DNA of 64,000 nt, from positions 128,446-192,445 of the forward strand of contig JABHAL010000004.1 in the NCBI GenBank assembly GCA_018674305.1, written 5' to 3'. The notes under the pieces are model-generated. The model searched no databases. It was not told the origin of the DNA and was given only the letters and a program-made list of their open reading frames with translations. Both the position numbers and the translations under genes were made by a program. This DNA is from Candidatus Falkowbacteria bacterium (GTDB taxonomy: Bacteria; Patescibacteriota; Patescibacteriia; UBA11705; JABHMO01). Shown piece after piece: positions 17,545 through 26,416 of this stretch. Every line of letters starts with the position of its first letter. Within the stretch, counting starts at the first letter, position 1.

Positions 17545-18261
17545 TTACTCGATATTAGTATAAACGCCATTCACATCATCGTGAGCTTCAAGCAAATCCA
17601 TGATCCTCTCAATCTTCTCAGCCGATTGTTCATTAACTTCCTGCTTATCTTTAGCTACCCATTCCATTTCCGCATAATCAAGTTTAATGCTTTTATTTTC
17701 CAATTCTTTTCTTACCTTTTCAAAATTAGAAAAACTAGTCTCAATTGTTAGACCACCTTCTTCTTCCTCCACATCATCAGCGCCTAAATCAATCACTTCC
17801 ATCATTAATTCATCTTTATCTTCCAGTTTAGCTAAATCGACACGAATAACTCCTTTGTGTTCAAACATCCATTTAACAGAGTTTTGAGCTCCCAGTGAAC
17901 CTCCGTTTTTGGTAAGAATAGCTTTCACTTCTGGCGTAGTTCGATTTTTATTATCGGTCACTCCTTCAATCAATAAAGGCATTCCCCCTGGACCATAAGC
18001 TTCATACAAAACCTCCTCAATAACCGCACCACCAAGTTCACCGGTCCCACGTTTGATTGCATTTTCAATTTTGTCCTTGGGCATGTTGCTAGCCTTGGCC
18101 TTGTCAATTGCTATCTTTAAGGAAAAATTCATATCTGGATCGCCACCACCCCGAGCCGCGACCGAAATATTTCTTGAAAGTTTTGTAAATAAATTACCGC
18201 GAGCTGCATCAGTTGCTCCTTTTTGACGATGAATTTTGTCCCACTTAGAATGTCCGCTCAT
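17545..18261 (-). CDS. yebC: YebC/PmpR-family DNA-binding transcriptional regulator
   Basis: MSGHSKWDKIHRQKGATDAARGNLFTKL...NMPKDKIENAIKRG is the canonical YebC N-terminus. Confidence 0.9.
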   Translation of the reverse strand: MSGHSKWDKIHRQKGATDAARGNLFTKLSRNISVAARGGGDPDMNFSLKIAIDKAKASNMPKDKIENAIKRGTGELGGAVIEEVLYEAYGPGGMPLLIEGVTDNKNRTTPEVKAILTKNGGSLGAQNSVKWMFEHKGVIRVDLAKLEDKDELMMEVIDLGADDVEEEEGGLTIETSFSNFEKVRKELENKSIKLDYAEMEWVAKDKQEVNEQSAEKIERIMDLLEAHDDVNGVYTNIE

Positions 18262-18483
18262 AAATGAAAGAAGGCTAAATAGGGCGAAACAAGATTATAT
18301 GGTAATAAGATCGTCATTAATATCATTACCCTGTAAACCTGCTCCCTTATCTAGCCTCGTATAGCCTTATTCTACAATAATTTTCGCATTTTGAGCATAT
18401 CAAATCTGAAAGAAAAAATCAAGGGTTTTTGTTATTTCCAAAACCTAAAAATCCTTTTAATATTTTTACAACCAAAATTCTTT

Positions 18484-18512
18484 TTGACATTTTTATTGAA
18501 AAATGTGCATAA
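18484..18512 (+). promoter_or_regulatory. Candidate sigma70-like promoter for the PGI/PMI gene: TTGACA, 17 nt, GCATAA (weak -10)
   Basis: -35 consensus hexamer read at 18484-18489; the -10 is poor, so low confidence. Confidence 0.25.
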
Positions 18513-18636
18513 CTTAGTTGCAACATTAAATCACATTTGCTAAGTTAGTAATAAGTTAACTGAAATTAAACTACGAACAAAAAAACAAAAGAACACCACG
18601 CTGTTCACTGTTCATTTCTTCGTTAGTTATTCTTTT

Positions 18637-19641
18637 ATGCAGGCACTTCGTGAACAATTTGATTCACAAAATCTTTATCAAGTGATTGCCGACTTACCAA
18701 AGCAGTTTACAACTGCCTTTACTGAAACAGATCTTAGCATTGACAAGAAAACCACCAAAATAGTTTTTTGTGGTATGGGAGGCTCTGCCTTACCAGCCAA
18801 TCTTTTGAAAACTTTTTTAGCAACAGCTAAAACAAATTTTAATATTCCTTTTAAGATCAACCGCGACTATTCTCTACCACAGGTGGTAGATGAAAACTGG
18901 TGCGGTTTTTTTGATTCTTATTCAGGAAATACAGAAGAGACCTTATCTGCAATAGAAGAAGCAGAAACCAAAGGCCTAAAACAAATTGTAGTTCTGGCAC
19001 ATGGCGGAAAGCTAGAAAAAATAGCTCAAGAAAAAGGATATAAGTTCATTAAAATTCCGGACACCAAACAACCACGTATGGCCTACGGCTACGTAATGGG
19101 CGCTCTACTGAAAGTTTTAGCCAATTCCGAGCTGGTAGACCTTAATTTCGCAGAATTAACCTCTGACGTGGAAAAAGCTTTATCTTCTGAGAAAGAAATG
19201 CAACTTCAGGCTGAGAAGTTAGCAAAATCTTTGCAAAATAAAATTCCAGTTATCTACACTTCCAACATCTGGAAGTATGTGGCGATGGTCTGGAAAATTA
19301 ATTTCAACGAAAATACCAAGACCCAAAGTTTTTGGAATGCTTTTCCAGAATTAAACCACAATGAAATGGTAGGCTACACCAATATTATTGGCAACTACAA
19401 GATAATTATATTAAAAGATCTAGAAGAACATGCTCACATTCAAAAAAGAATGGATGTTTTCCAGAAAGTACTTGCTGACAAGCTGGACATTGAAATAATC
19501 GATATGCAATCTGGCTCAGCTTTTTACAAACTGTTAAGTACTTTACTACTTGGCCAATGGACTTCCTACTATTTAGCCCTAATCAATAAAGTTGATCCTA
19601 CGCCTGTTGATTTAGTCGAAGAGTTCAAGAAACTGATTTAA
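18637..19641 (+). CDS. Bifunctional phosphoglucose/phosphomannose isomerase (archaeal-type SIS-domain PGI/PMI)
   Basis: SIS-domain motif CGMGGSALPANLL; ~330-aa two-SIS architecture typical of the TIGR02128-like family. Confidence 0.7.
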   Translation: MQALREQFDSQNLYQVIADLPKQFTTAFTETDLSIDKKTTKIVFCGMGGSALPANLLKTFLATAKTNFNIPFKINRDYSLPQVVDENWCGFFDSYSGNTEETLSAIEEAETKGLKQIVVLAHGGKLEKIAQEKGYKFIKIPDTKQPRMAYGYVMGALLKVLANSELVDLNFAELTSDVEKALSSEKEMQLQAEKLAKSLQNKIPVIYTSNIWKYVAMVWKINFNENTKTQSFWNAFPELNHNEMVGYTNIIGNYKIIILKDLEEHAHIQKRMDVFQKVLADKLDIEIIDMQSGSAFYKLLSTLLLGQWTSYYLALINKVDPTPVDLVEEFKKLI

Positions 19642-19784
19642 TAATTGTTTTCTTGCTTTCTTGCTTTTTTTCTTTTTTTCCAATCTAAGTAATTTATTCA
19701 CTCAAAAGTATCTAACCAAGCCGCTCTTTAATATAACCTTTGTGTCGGCTACGGGGATAAATGTCCCTTGATGTGCTGGCAAAC

Positions 19785-19826
19785 AAAAAAGCTGCCCTTT
19801 CCCATGCTTGGAGGGCAGCTTTTTTA
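19785..19826. terminator. Bidirectional intrinsic terminator between the PGI/PMI gene and the pilin-like array
   Basis: GCTGCCCT-tcccatgcttgg-AGGGCAGC followed by TTTTTT, with an A-run upstream. Confidence 0.7.
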
Positions 19827-19837
19827 TTGTCTGAAAA

Positions 19838-20242
19838 TTAATTTGCGACTGTAGTAGCTGACGACAAATTGGTCACTACAAAACTGGAGATTGCGTAAGC
19901 AGATAAGACCAACGCTAAACCAATAATAGCATTAATCAACCACTGTTTAGCTTTTTTCACTTGATCTTCATTTCCACCAGCGGTCATCCATAGAAATCCA
20001 GCATAAACAATAATCACTAGAACAATCACTCCAAGTAAGGTCAAAACGATCTTAACAATGTTACCGATTATACCAACCAAGTCTGTTCCGTCTTTGTCTT
20101 GACCAAAGTCTTTAGCAAAAAACTCCATATTTCCTTCAGCATCCATAGGAGTTAAGCCTTGATCTAATATGTCTTGAGCTCCAATAGCTCCTGGTAATAG
20201 CAATAAAGATAATATTGCTAAAATTGGCATTACTTTTTTCAT
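19838..20242 (-). CDS. Secreted two-helix membrane protein, VirB2/TrbC-pilin-like topology, paralog 1 of 9
   Basis: Sec signal (AIGA|QD); variable ~40-aa region; conserved core IVKIVLTLLGVIVLVIIVYAGFLWMTAGGNEDQVKKAKQWLINAIIGLALVLSAYAI. Confidence 0.5.
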   Translation of the reverse strand: MKKVMPILAILSLLLLPGAIGAQDILDQGLTPMDAEGNMEFFAKDFGQDKDGTDLVGIIGNIVKIVLTLLGVIVLVIIVYAGFLWMTAGGNEDQVKKAKQWLINAIIGLALVLSAYAISSFVVTNLSSATTVAN

Positions 20243-20274
20243 AAGTTTTCTATATTTAATTATTTATTATCTTA

Positions 20275-20661
20275 TTATTTAGTTGTTGCTGATGCAAGAT
20301 TTTGCACTACGAAACTGGAGATTGCATAAGCTGCTAAAATCAAGGCCAGGCCTATTACCGCATTTATTAACCATTGTTTCGATTTTTTTACTTGGTCCTC
20401 ATTACCGCCGGCCGTCATCCAGAGAAAACCTGCGTAAATGATTATTACTAGCACTACGACTCCCAGTAATGTTAGCACAATTTTGACGACATTACCAACA
20501 ATCTCAACTAAGTTTTTATCACTACTTGCATACCCCGCTTGAGTTTGAAAGTCGGTTAAACCCTTTGCTGTAGTTTTAGTTAAATCAACATCCATTGCCA
20601 TAGTCATTGTTGGCATAACCAATAAAGAACATAGCGTTAATATCACAAACAATTTTTTCAT
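20275..20661 (-). CDS. Pilin-like paralog 2 of 9
   Basis: Signal peptide plus core YAGFLWMTAGGNEDQVKKSKQWLINAVIGLALILAAYAI. Confidence 0.5.
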   Translation of the reverse strand: MKKLFVILTLCSLLVMPTMTMAMDVDLTKTTAKGLTDFQTQAGYASSDKNLVEIVGNVVKIVLTLLGVVVLVIIIYAGFLWMTAGGNEDQVKKSKQWLINAVIGLALILAAYAISSFVVQNLASATTK

Positions 20662-20687
20662 ACTAATTTTAATTATTTAAAATCTCC

Positions 20688-21065
20688 TTAAGTTGTAGTC
20701 GCTGCGAATAGATAACTAACTGCGAAATCAGCAATTGCATAGGCTGCTAAAATTAACGCCAGACCAATTACTGCATTTTTTAACCACTGTTTAGCTTTTT
20801 TCACTTGATCTTCATTTCCACCAGCACTCATCCACAAAAATCCAGCATAAACAATAATTACAACAGTTATTATGCCGACCAATGTTAATACTATCTTGAT
20901 GATATTACCAACGATATCTACTAAAGTTCCCTTACCTGTATATCCAGTTTTGTCTTTGAATGTTTCCATTTCCTTGACAGGATCACCACCAATTGTTGCT
21001 GCTGTAGCTACCAGGGGCATAGCAAACAGAGAACACAAAGTTAAAATTACAATTAAATTTTTCAT
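20688..21065 (-). CDS. Pilin-like paralog 3 of 9
   Basis: Signal peptide plus YAGFLWMSAGGNEDQVKKAKQWLKNAVIGLALILAAYAI. Confidence 0.5.
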   Translation of the reverse strand: MKNLIVILTLCSLFAMPLVATAATIGGDPVKEMETFKDKTGYTGKGTLVDIVGNIIKIVLTLVGIITVVIIVYAGFLWMSAGGNEDQVKKAKQWLKNAVIGLALILAAYAIADFAVSYLFAATTT

Positions 21066-21081
21066 ATTGATTTGATTTATT

Positions 21082-21489
21082 TTAGGTGGTTGTTGCTGTA
21101 ACTAAATAATCAACCGCAAAGTAGGCGATCGCATAAGCTGCCAAAGTTATAGCTAAACCAATTACAGCATTAGTCAACATTTGCTTTGCTTTTTTTACCT
21201 GGTCTTCGTTGCCACCTGCGGTCATCCACTGTACACCGCCCCAAACAACTAATATTACCATGATAATACCAAGTAAAGTTAAAATAATTTTAATTATACT
21301 ACCAACAATTGTAGGTAAATCTGCTTTTGGTTTATCTGCACCGTGTAAACCTTTACCTACATTACCCAATTCACCAAGTGGTCCATCCGCAGCCAAAGCA
21401 ATTCCACCACACAGAACAAAACTGAAACAGATTACTAACAAAAATGTTACTACTTTTAATGTAAATGGATTTTGACGTAAAAAATTCAT
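21082..21489 (-). CDS. Pilin-like paralog 4 of 9
   Basis: Signal peptide plus WGGVQWMTAGGNEDQVKKAKQMLTNAVIGLAITLAAYAI. Confidence 0.5.
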   Translation of the reverse strand: MNFLRQNPFTLKVVTFLLVICFSFVLCGGIALAADGPLGELGNVGKGLHGADKPKADLPTIVGSIIKIILTLLGIIMVILVVWGGVQWMTAGGNEDQVKKAKQMLTNAVIGLAITLAAYAIAYFAVDYLVTATTT

Positions 21490-21531
21490 AATTTTTTTGT
21501 ATAGAGTAATAAGTAAAGAGTAACAAGTGAT

Positions 21532-21568
21532 TACCTTTTACTTTTTACCTTTTACTTTTTACTTTATT
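21532..21568. repeat. 14-bp tandem repeat (taccttttactttt) x ~2.6 in the 77-bp gap upstream of paralog 4
   Basis: Read directly: taccttttactttt taccttttactttt tactttatt. Confidence 0.6.
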
Positions 21569-21971
21569 AAACTCCAGCTGCTGTACTAAGCTTCTCCACA
21601 AAATAATAAGCAATTGCATAAGCACCCATAGTTACGGCCATACCTAGCACACCTTCAATCAGCATACTTCGAGCTTTTTTCACCTGATCAGCATTTCCAC
21701 CAGCGGTCATCCAGGTGATTCCACCATAAACAACTATGATCACAAAAATAATTCCTAAAATTGAAGTTACAACTTTCAAAGCTTTACCAATTACACCCGC
21801 TGGATCAGCGGCTGTAGTACTAAATCCGGCGCCAGGCGCAGCAGCATCAAGACCTGCCTTGGCTTTGTCAGTAGCACCACTAGCAAAAACATTATTGGTG
21901 ATTATAGTTAAATTAAAAACCAATAAACTGATAATGATTGAAAATAATACTAATTTTTTAAGCATATTCAA
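21567..21971 (-). CDS. Pilin-like paralog 5 of 9
   Basis: Signal peptide plus YGGITWMTAGGNADQVKKARSMLIEGVLGMAVTMGAYAI. Confidence 0.5.
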   Translation of the reverse strand: MNMLKKLVLFSIIISLLVFNLTIITNNVFASGATDKAKAGLDAAAPGAGFSTTAADPAGVIGKALKVVTSILGIIFVIIVVYGGITWMTAGGNADQVKKARSMLIEGVLGMAVTMGAYAIAYYFVEKLSTAAGV

Positions 21972-21994
21972 TATAAATTAAAACCTCTAATAAA

Positions 21995-22378
21995 CTAAAG
22001 AGTCCCGGAAATCTTAGCAATTACATATGCAGTTAATTGGTATGCCATTAAGGTAACAACTAAACCAATCGCCGCATGGATCAAAGTTTTTCTTGCCTTT
22101 TCTACATTTTGCGGAGTACCTCCAGCGGTCATCCACATAATTCCGCCGTAAACAATCATAATTAGGAAAGCAATACTAACGTAGCCAAAAAAAACTCCAA
22201 TGTACTGACCAATAACCTTTTCAATTGTATTATCAGCTTTAGGCAATAAGCCCGGTTTTTCAGCTGCTCCTTTTAAACCATCCGCAAAATCGCCAGCTAT
22301 AGCTAAATTAGGAATAGCTAAAAAACAAATTCCGATCAATAATATAAAAACAATTAAAAAATATGAGTTTTTTTTCAT
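21995..22378 (-). CDS. Pilin-like paralog 6 of 9
   Basis: Signal peptide plus YGGIMWMTAGGTPQNVEKARKTLIHAAIGLVVTLMAY. Confidence 0.45.
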   Translation of the reverse strand: MKKNSYFLIVFILLIGICFLAIPNLAIAGDFADGLKGAAEKPGLLPKADNTIEKVIGQYIGVFFGYVSIAFLIMIVYGGIMWMTAGGTPQNVEKARKTLIHAAIGLVVTLMAYQLTAYVIAKISGTL

Positions 22379-22472
22379 AGAATCTTATTTCTAAAAAGCT
22401 TTCTTCTCATTAATTAACAATGTGTATTATTAACTAATGAGAAGGGCAGATAAATCTGCCCTTTAAACTTTT

Positions 22473-22877
22473 TTATTCGGTTGTTGCAGTAACTAGATTA
22501 GTGATTACAAAACTGGTAATCGCGTATGCGCTTAGAATAATTGCTACGCCTATTATACCAGAAACAATGTATTTCCTCGCTTCTTGTACTTTCTCATCGC
22601 TACCACCAGCTGTCATATATTTAAAGCCTCCGATCAAAACAATTACGATCGCGATCACACCCAAAAATCCAAGTGCAACTTTAATTATAGCTCCAATAGT
22701 TTCCTTCAAATCTTTATTTCCTAAATTTGTGTTGTCACCAACTGCGCCAATCCCAAATGGGTCTGGTGCTGGATCCTCAAGCGCCACGGCTGGTAAAGCA
22801 AATGTTGCAAGCATGAAAATTACTAGGAAAAGTCCCGCGAACATTTTGATTTTGTTTGTGTCTACGTACATGTGCAT
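22473..22877 (-). CDS. Pilin-like paralog 7 of 9
   Basis: Signal peptide plus IGGFKYMTAGGSDEKVQEARKYIVSGIIGVAIILSAYAI. Confidence 0.45.
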   Translation of the reverse strand: MHMYVDTNKIKMFAGLFLVIFMLATFALPAVALEDPAPDPFGIGAVGDNTNLGNKDLKETIGAIIKVALGFLGVIAIVIVLIGGFKYMTAGGSDEKVQEARKYIVSGIIGVAIILSAYAITSFVITNLVTATTE

Positions 22878-22913
22878 TTTCTTAATTATTAATTTTTTAT
22901 ATATATTAAATTA

Positions 22914-23285
22914 TTAAACTCCGAATTTAGAAATTATTGTACTTACTAGTATATAACTCATAAAAATGATAAATAACCCCAAAGCCGCCCAAATCATTGA
23001 ATGCTCGGCTGTCTTAATTCTTTTTTCATTACCGCCTGAGGTCATCCATATTATACCACTATAGATAAAAATCACCAAAGCAACTGTCCCGATTATCCCC
23101 AATGCCATACCAATAGCTTTTCCAATTAATGCATTAAAATCATCACTTTTAACAATTTCGTCACCAAACGTTGAATTAATCTTACTGGTAGCATCAGAAA
23201 TAGCATCCGCGTGAACAACAGCAATTGACACTACGAAAAAGAAAAAACATGAAAGCAATAAAACACCTACTATTTTTTTATACAT
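22914..23285 (-). CDS. Pilin-like paralog 8 of 9
   Basis: Signal peptide plus YSGIIWMTSGGNEKRIKTAEHSMIWAALGLFIIFMSY. Confidence 0.45.
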   Translation of the reverse strand: MYKKIVGVLLLSCFFFFVVSIAVVHADAISDATSKINSTFGDEIVKSDDFNALIGKAIGMALGIIGTVALVIFIYSGIIWMTSGGNEKRIKTAEHSMIWAALGLFIIFMSYILVSTIISKFGV

Positions 23286-23295
23286 ATTAAATAAT

Positions 23296-23661
23296 TTAGG
23301 AACCTGCTAAAACTTTTAATAAAGTCTTTATAAGAGCCCCTGATAAAAATATTATAACTAGACCAATAAAAGCATTTTTTAACATAGTTGTTGCCTTACC
23401 TATTCTTTCTTTGTTCCCACCAGAGAGCATATACATGATACCGCCAACTACAAAAACCAGAAGAGTAACTGATCCTGAAATTCCCAAAATGATCTGGGCA
23501 ACATTCGCAATAGTTTGTTCTACACTTCCTAGGTTGCATTTATCAACAGGAGCATCTCCTAAACATTCGCCGGGAACAATTGAAGGAAAGGCCAGTGTTG
23601 ATTGTCCAACCAGCAAACCAAAACTAATTAAAATAATTACAAATATAATTTGTTTTTTCAT
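23296..23661 (-). CDS. Pilin-like paralog 9 of 9 (most divergent)
   Basis: Signal peptide plus VGGIMYMLSGGNKERIGKATTMLKNAFIGLVIIFLSG. Confidence 0.4.
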   Translation of the reverse strand: MKKQIIFVIILISFGLLVGQSTLAFPSIVPGECLGDAPVDKCNLGSVEQTIANVAQIILGISGSVTLLVFVVGGIMYMLSGGNKERIGKATTMLKNAFIGLVIIFLSGALIKTLLKVLAGS

Positions 23662-25085
23662 AACTTCTTTTTTATCGAGTAATTTATTTGACTGGCAGCA
23701 TTCTCTATTGCTTCATCAATTTCCAAAGTTCCTTCTAAAATATAGTTTATCATTGAATTAAAAATTCCCTCAGCTGCAATTGGACTTTCTCCCCGATACC
23801 AACTCTTGGCCGTTAATAATTGATCAGCCTTTGCCGATAATAATTCATTTGCTAAATGTTCATTAATCAACTTAGTTGAACGCAAAGCAGTGGTCTGCTG
23901 AGTTTCATTCAAATACTCAACAACATTTTTTTCACTAGTAATAAAATTAACAAAATCCCAAGCATAATCCTTAATCTCAGTTTTCTTAGACACGCCCTGC
24001 ACCCAGTAACTCGCATAATTAACTCTCTGATTATCTCCGACCTGCGGAACTGGTGCAACATTGAAATCCAATTGTGGTGCCTCTGCTCTAATTCGTTCAC
24101 GATGATGCGCATAACCAAATACATATGCTACTTTGCCATCAATAAAGGCATCTATTGAATTAGGCATCTGCTTATTCCAAGTATAAACCTCGTGTAGTGG
24201 TGAAGCAAACTGAGTATAGTATTCAACTGCTCCTATAGCTGGTGGAGCAGACACTCCTGTTACGCCTTCTGGTTTTTCAGTAAACGTAGCCTGACCATAA
24301 GCATTAGTCATTGGAGTTAAATTCTGCATCATTAAAAGTGATAAAATATCAAAGTTTCTTTCTACATTGTCAGCCGTGCCCATCGCAGTTCCAGACAATA
24401 GTATTTGCCCTGAATCTTTACTTATTTGGGTAATTCTCTTCACGTGCTCTTGAAAGTCATTCCAATTACTTGCTGGCTCAACAATCCCGGCATTATTCAA
24501 AATATCTTTATTATAATACATTACCAGAGAATCCATACTCATGGGCAATCCCCAAACCCTCTCTATTTGCTCACTCTTTTTGTTACTTGTATCGTTAACA
24601 ACAACTGTATCTAAAGAAACGGCATCTAAATATTTTTTTCTAACTTCAGCTGGGGTAGGTAATTTTGTTGTTCTAAATTCTACAATTTCTTCTTTTTTGA
24701 TTGAACCTTTAATATATTTAATTGGAGTTACCACTTTGTCTGGTGCTGGCAGTAACTTGGTCATATAGCGCTTTACCCAAGTATTCTGCATGGTAAAAAC
24801 ATCTGGTCCTCGATCTTCCGCCAAAGCCTCTACTAATTCTTGTTCGTACTCATCATATCGAAGCTTGTGATAATCAATCCTTACATTCGGATGTAATTGT
24901 TTGTATGCTGCTATAAGACCCTGTACATCTGCCGAGTTATCCCACAAATTCCACCAAACTAAAGTTTCCTTTTTATAAGCTTTTTGCGCATTTCCATCGC
25001 CCCCTTTGGTACAAGCAGAAACAGAAAAACTCACAGCCACCAACAACAAAATTGATACTATTTTGTATGTTTTTGTTTTTGTCAT
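23658..25085 (-). CDS. ABC-transporter substrate-binding lipoprotein (family 1, sugar/MalE-like). Orphan: no permease or ATPase gene nearby.
   Basis: Signal peptide plus lipobox VSFSVSA|C; ~450-aa periplasmic-binding-protein-like sequence; its stop overlaps the start of paralog 9 (ATGA). Confidence 0.7.
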   Translation of the reverse strand: MTKTKTYKIVSILLLVAVSFSVSACTKGGDGNAQKAYKKETLVWWNLWDNSADVQGLIAAYKQLHPNVRIDYHKLRYDEYEQELVEALAEDRGPDVFTMQNTWVKRYMTKLLPAPDKVVTPIKYIKGSIKKEEIVEFRTTKLPTPAEVRKKYLDAVSLDTVVVNDTSNKKSEQIERVWGLPMSMDSLVMYYNKDILNNAGIVEPASNWNDFQEHVKRITQISKDSGQILLSGTAMGTADNVERNFDILSLLMMQNLTPMTNAYGQATFTEKPEGVTGVSAPPAIGAVEYYTQFASPLHEVYTWNKQMPNSIDAFIDGKVAYVFGYAHHRERIRAEAPQLDFNVAPVPQVGDNQRVNYASYWVQGVSKKTEIKDYAWDFVNFITSEKNVVEYLNETQQTTALRSTKLINEHLANELLSAKADQLLTAKSWYRGESPIAAEGIFNSMINYILEGTLEIDEAIENAASQINYSIKKKL

Positions 25086-25093
25086 ATTTATTT

Positions 25094-25963
25094 TTATATT
25101 TTTAAACTTTTCAAATACTTTCTAAAGTCAGCTCTCAGGTCCGGCCTAGTTAGTGCCAATTCAACGTTCGCACGTAAATAACCAAGCTTTGAACCTGTAT
25201 CATAATAAATACCATCAATCTTCTTGGCATAAATTGGTCGCTTCTTGGATAATTTAAAAATAGCATCAACCAACCACAATTCCCCGCCTTTTCCTAATTT
25301 GGTTTTTTCTAATTCTTCAAAAATATCTGGTGTCAAAACAAAACCACCAAGAGAAGCTAATAATGAAGGTGCCTTTTCTGGTCCTGGTTTTTCTACTATT
25401 GTATTAACTTGTAAAACATCTTTTTCAACTTCCAGCCCATCAATAATGCCATATTTATTTGTGTCCTTTTTGGATACGCCATAGGCAGTCAAAACAGGAT
25501 CTCCATATTTTTCATAAACTTCCGTTAATTGTTTGAGTTGTGGTTTTTTCTTGGTATAAAAAAATTCATCTCCCCACATTACAGCAAACGGCTCATCTCC
25601 AATCAAATGCTTGCAACACAGAACTGGTGTACCATTGCCATATGGACCTTTCTGCCGTATATAAATAAAATTGGCCATGTCCGCAATTTTTTTAATCTCT
25701 TTTCGCATTTCTTCTTTTCCCGCTTTTCTTAGAAAATTCTGCAATTCATAATTGTAACCAAAATGATCTTCCACGGCTCGTTTACCACTACCGGTAACTA
25801 AAATTATTGTTTCAATACCAGACCTTACTGCATCCTCAACCACATACTGAACAATCGGCTTATCAACTACTGGCAACATTTCTTTTGGTTGCGCCTTTGT
25901 AGCTGGCAAAAATCTAGTTCCGTACCCAGCCACTGGAATAATTAATTTTTTGACTTTAACCAT
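25094..25963 (-). CDS. galU: UTP--glucose-1-phosphate uridylyltransferase
   Basis: IIPVAGYGTRFLPATKAQPKEMLPVVDKP is the canonical GalU N-terminus. Confidence 0.85.
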   Translation of the reverse strand: MVKVKKLIIPVAGYGTRFLPATKAQPKEMLPVVDKPIVQYVVEDAVRSGIETIILVTGSGKRAVEDHFGYNYELQNFLRKAGKEEMRKEIKKIADMANFIYIRQKGPYGNGTPVLCCKHLIGDEPFAVMWGDEFFYTKKKPQLKQLTEVYEKYGDPVLTAYGVSKKDTNKYGIIDGLEVEKDVLQVNTIVEKPGPEKAPSLLASLGGFVLTPDIFEELEKTKLGKGGELWLVDAIFKLSKKRPIYAKKIDGIYYDTGSKLGYLRANVELALTRPDLRADFRKYLKSLKI

Positions 25964-25975
25964 ATATTCAAATCA

Positions 25976-26227
25976 TTAACCAATTTTTAAAGTGTCTTTC
26001 AATTTCTTTAGTTTTGTAAAATAATGAATAAACAGAATTGCAAAATAAACGTTCACTGCTGCTATCAAGACAAAAAATAGGGCGAACAAAATAAACAAAG
26101 TTTGAGGATAAACCAAAACCAAAACACCCAAGGCAATCCAGATAACAGTTTGCAAAACAAAATACACAATGAACCACATTAATGTATTTCTAGTGTGCTG
26201 ATAAAATTTCTCTAGAAAATGTAACAT
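25976..26227 (-). CDS. Small two-helix membrane protein, hypothetical
   Basis: 83 aa, two long hydrophobic segments; an alternative overlapping frame (25968..26177) is less protein-like. Confidence 0.35.
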   Translation of the reverse strand: MLHFLEKFYQHTRNTLMWFIVYFVLQTVIWIALGVLVLVYPQTLFILFALFFVLIAAVNVYFAILFIHYFTKLKKLKDTLKIG

Positions 26228-26344
26228 AATTTTAAGTTAAATATTAAAAATTTTCGAATTGAATTATTCGAGCTTATATTTTGTCTTGTTTATTATAACA
26301 TTTTTTACAAAATTTAACCAAAATTTAATCAACAGACCTTCCTA

Positions 26345-26373
26345 TTGACAAAATGTTTAATTTACACTATAAT
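26345..26373 (+). promoter_or_regulatory. Consensus sigma70 promoter: TTGACA, 17 nt, TATAAT
   Basis: TTGACA at 26345-26350, 17-nt spacer, TATAAT at 26368-26373; SD GAGGGG and start ATG at 26417 follow. Confidence 0.65.
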
Positions 26374-26416
26374 AAACTGTCATTCGTTCTTTAAACTTTT
26401 ATACTCGAGGGGAAAT

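Noticed and set aside
19838-23661. Nine small membrane proteins as holins or bacteriocin immunity proteins
   Set aside because: All carry cleavable Sec signal peptides with AxA sites and a long variable extracytoplasmic segment. Holins lack signal peptides. No lysin or bacteriocin genes are adjacent.
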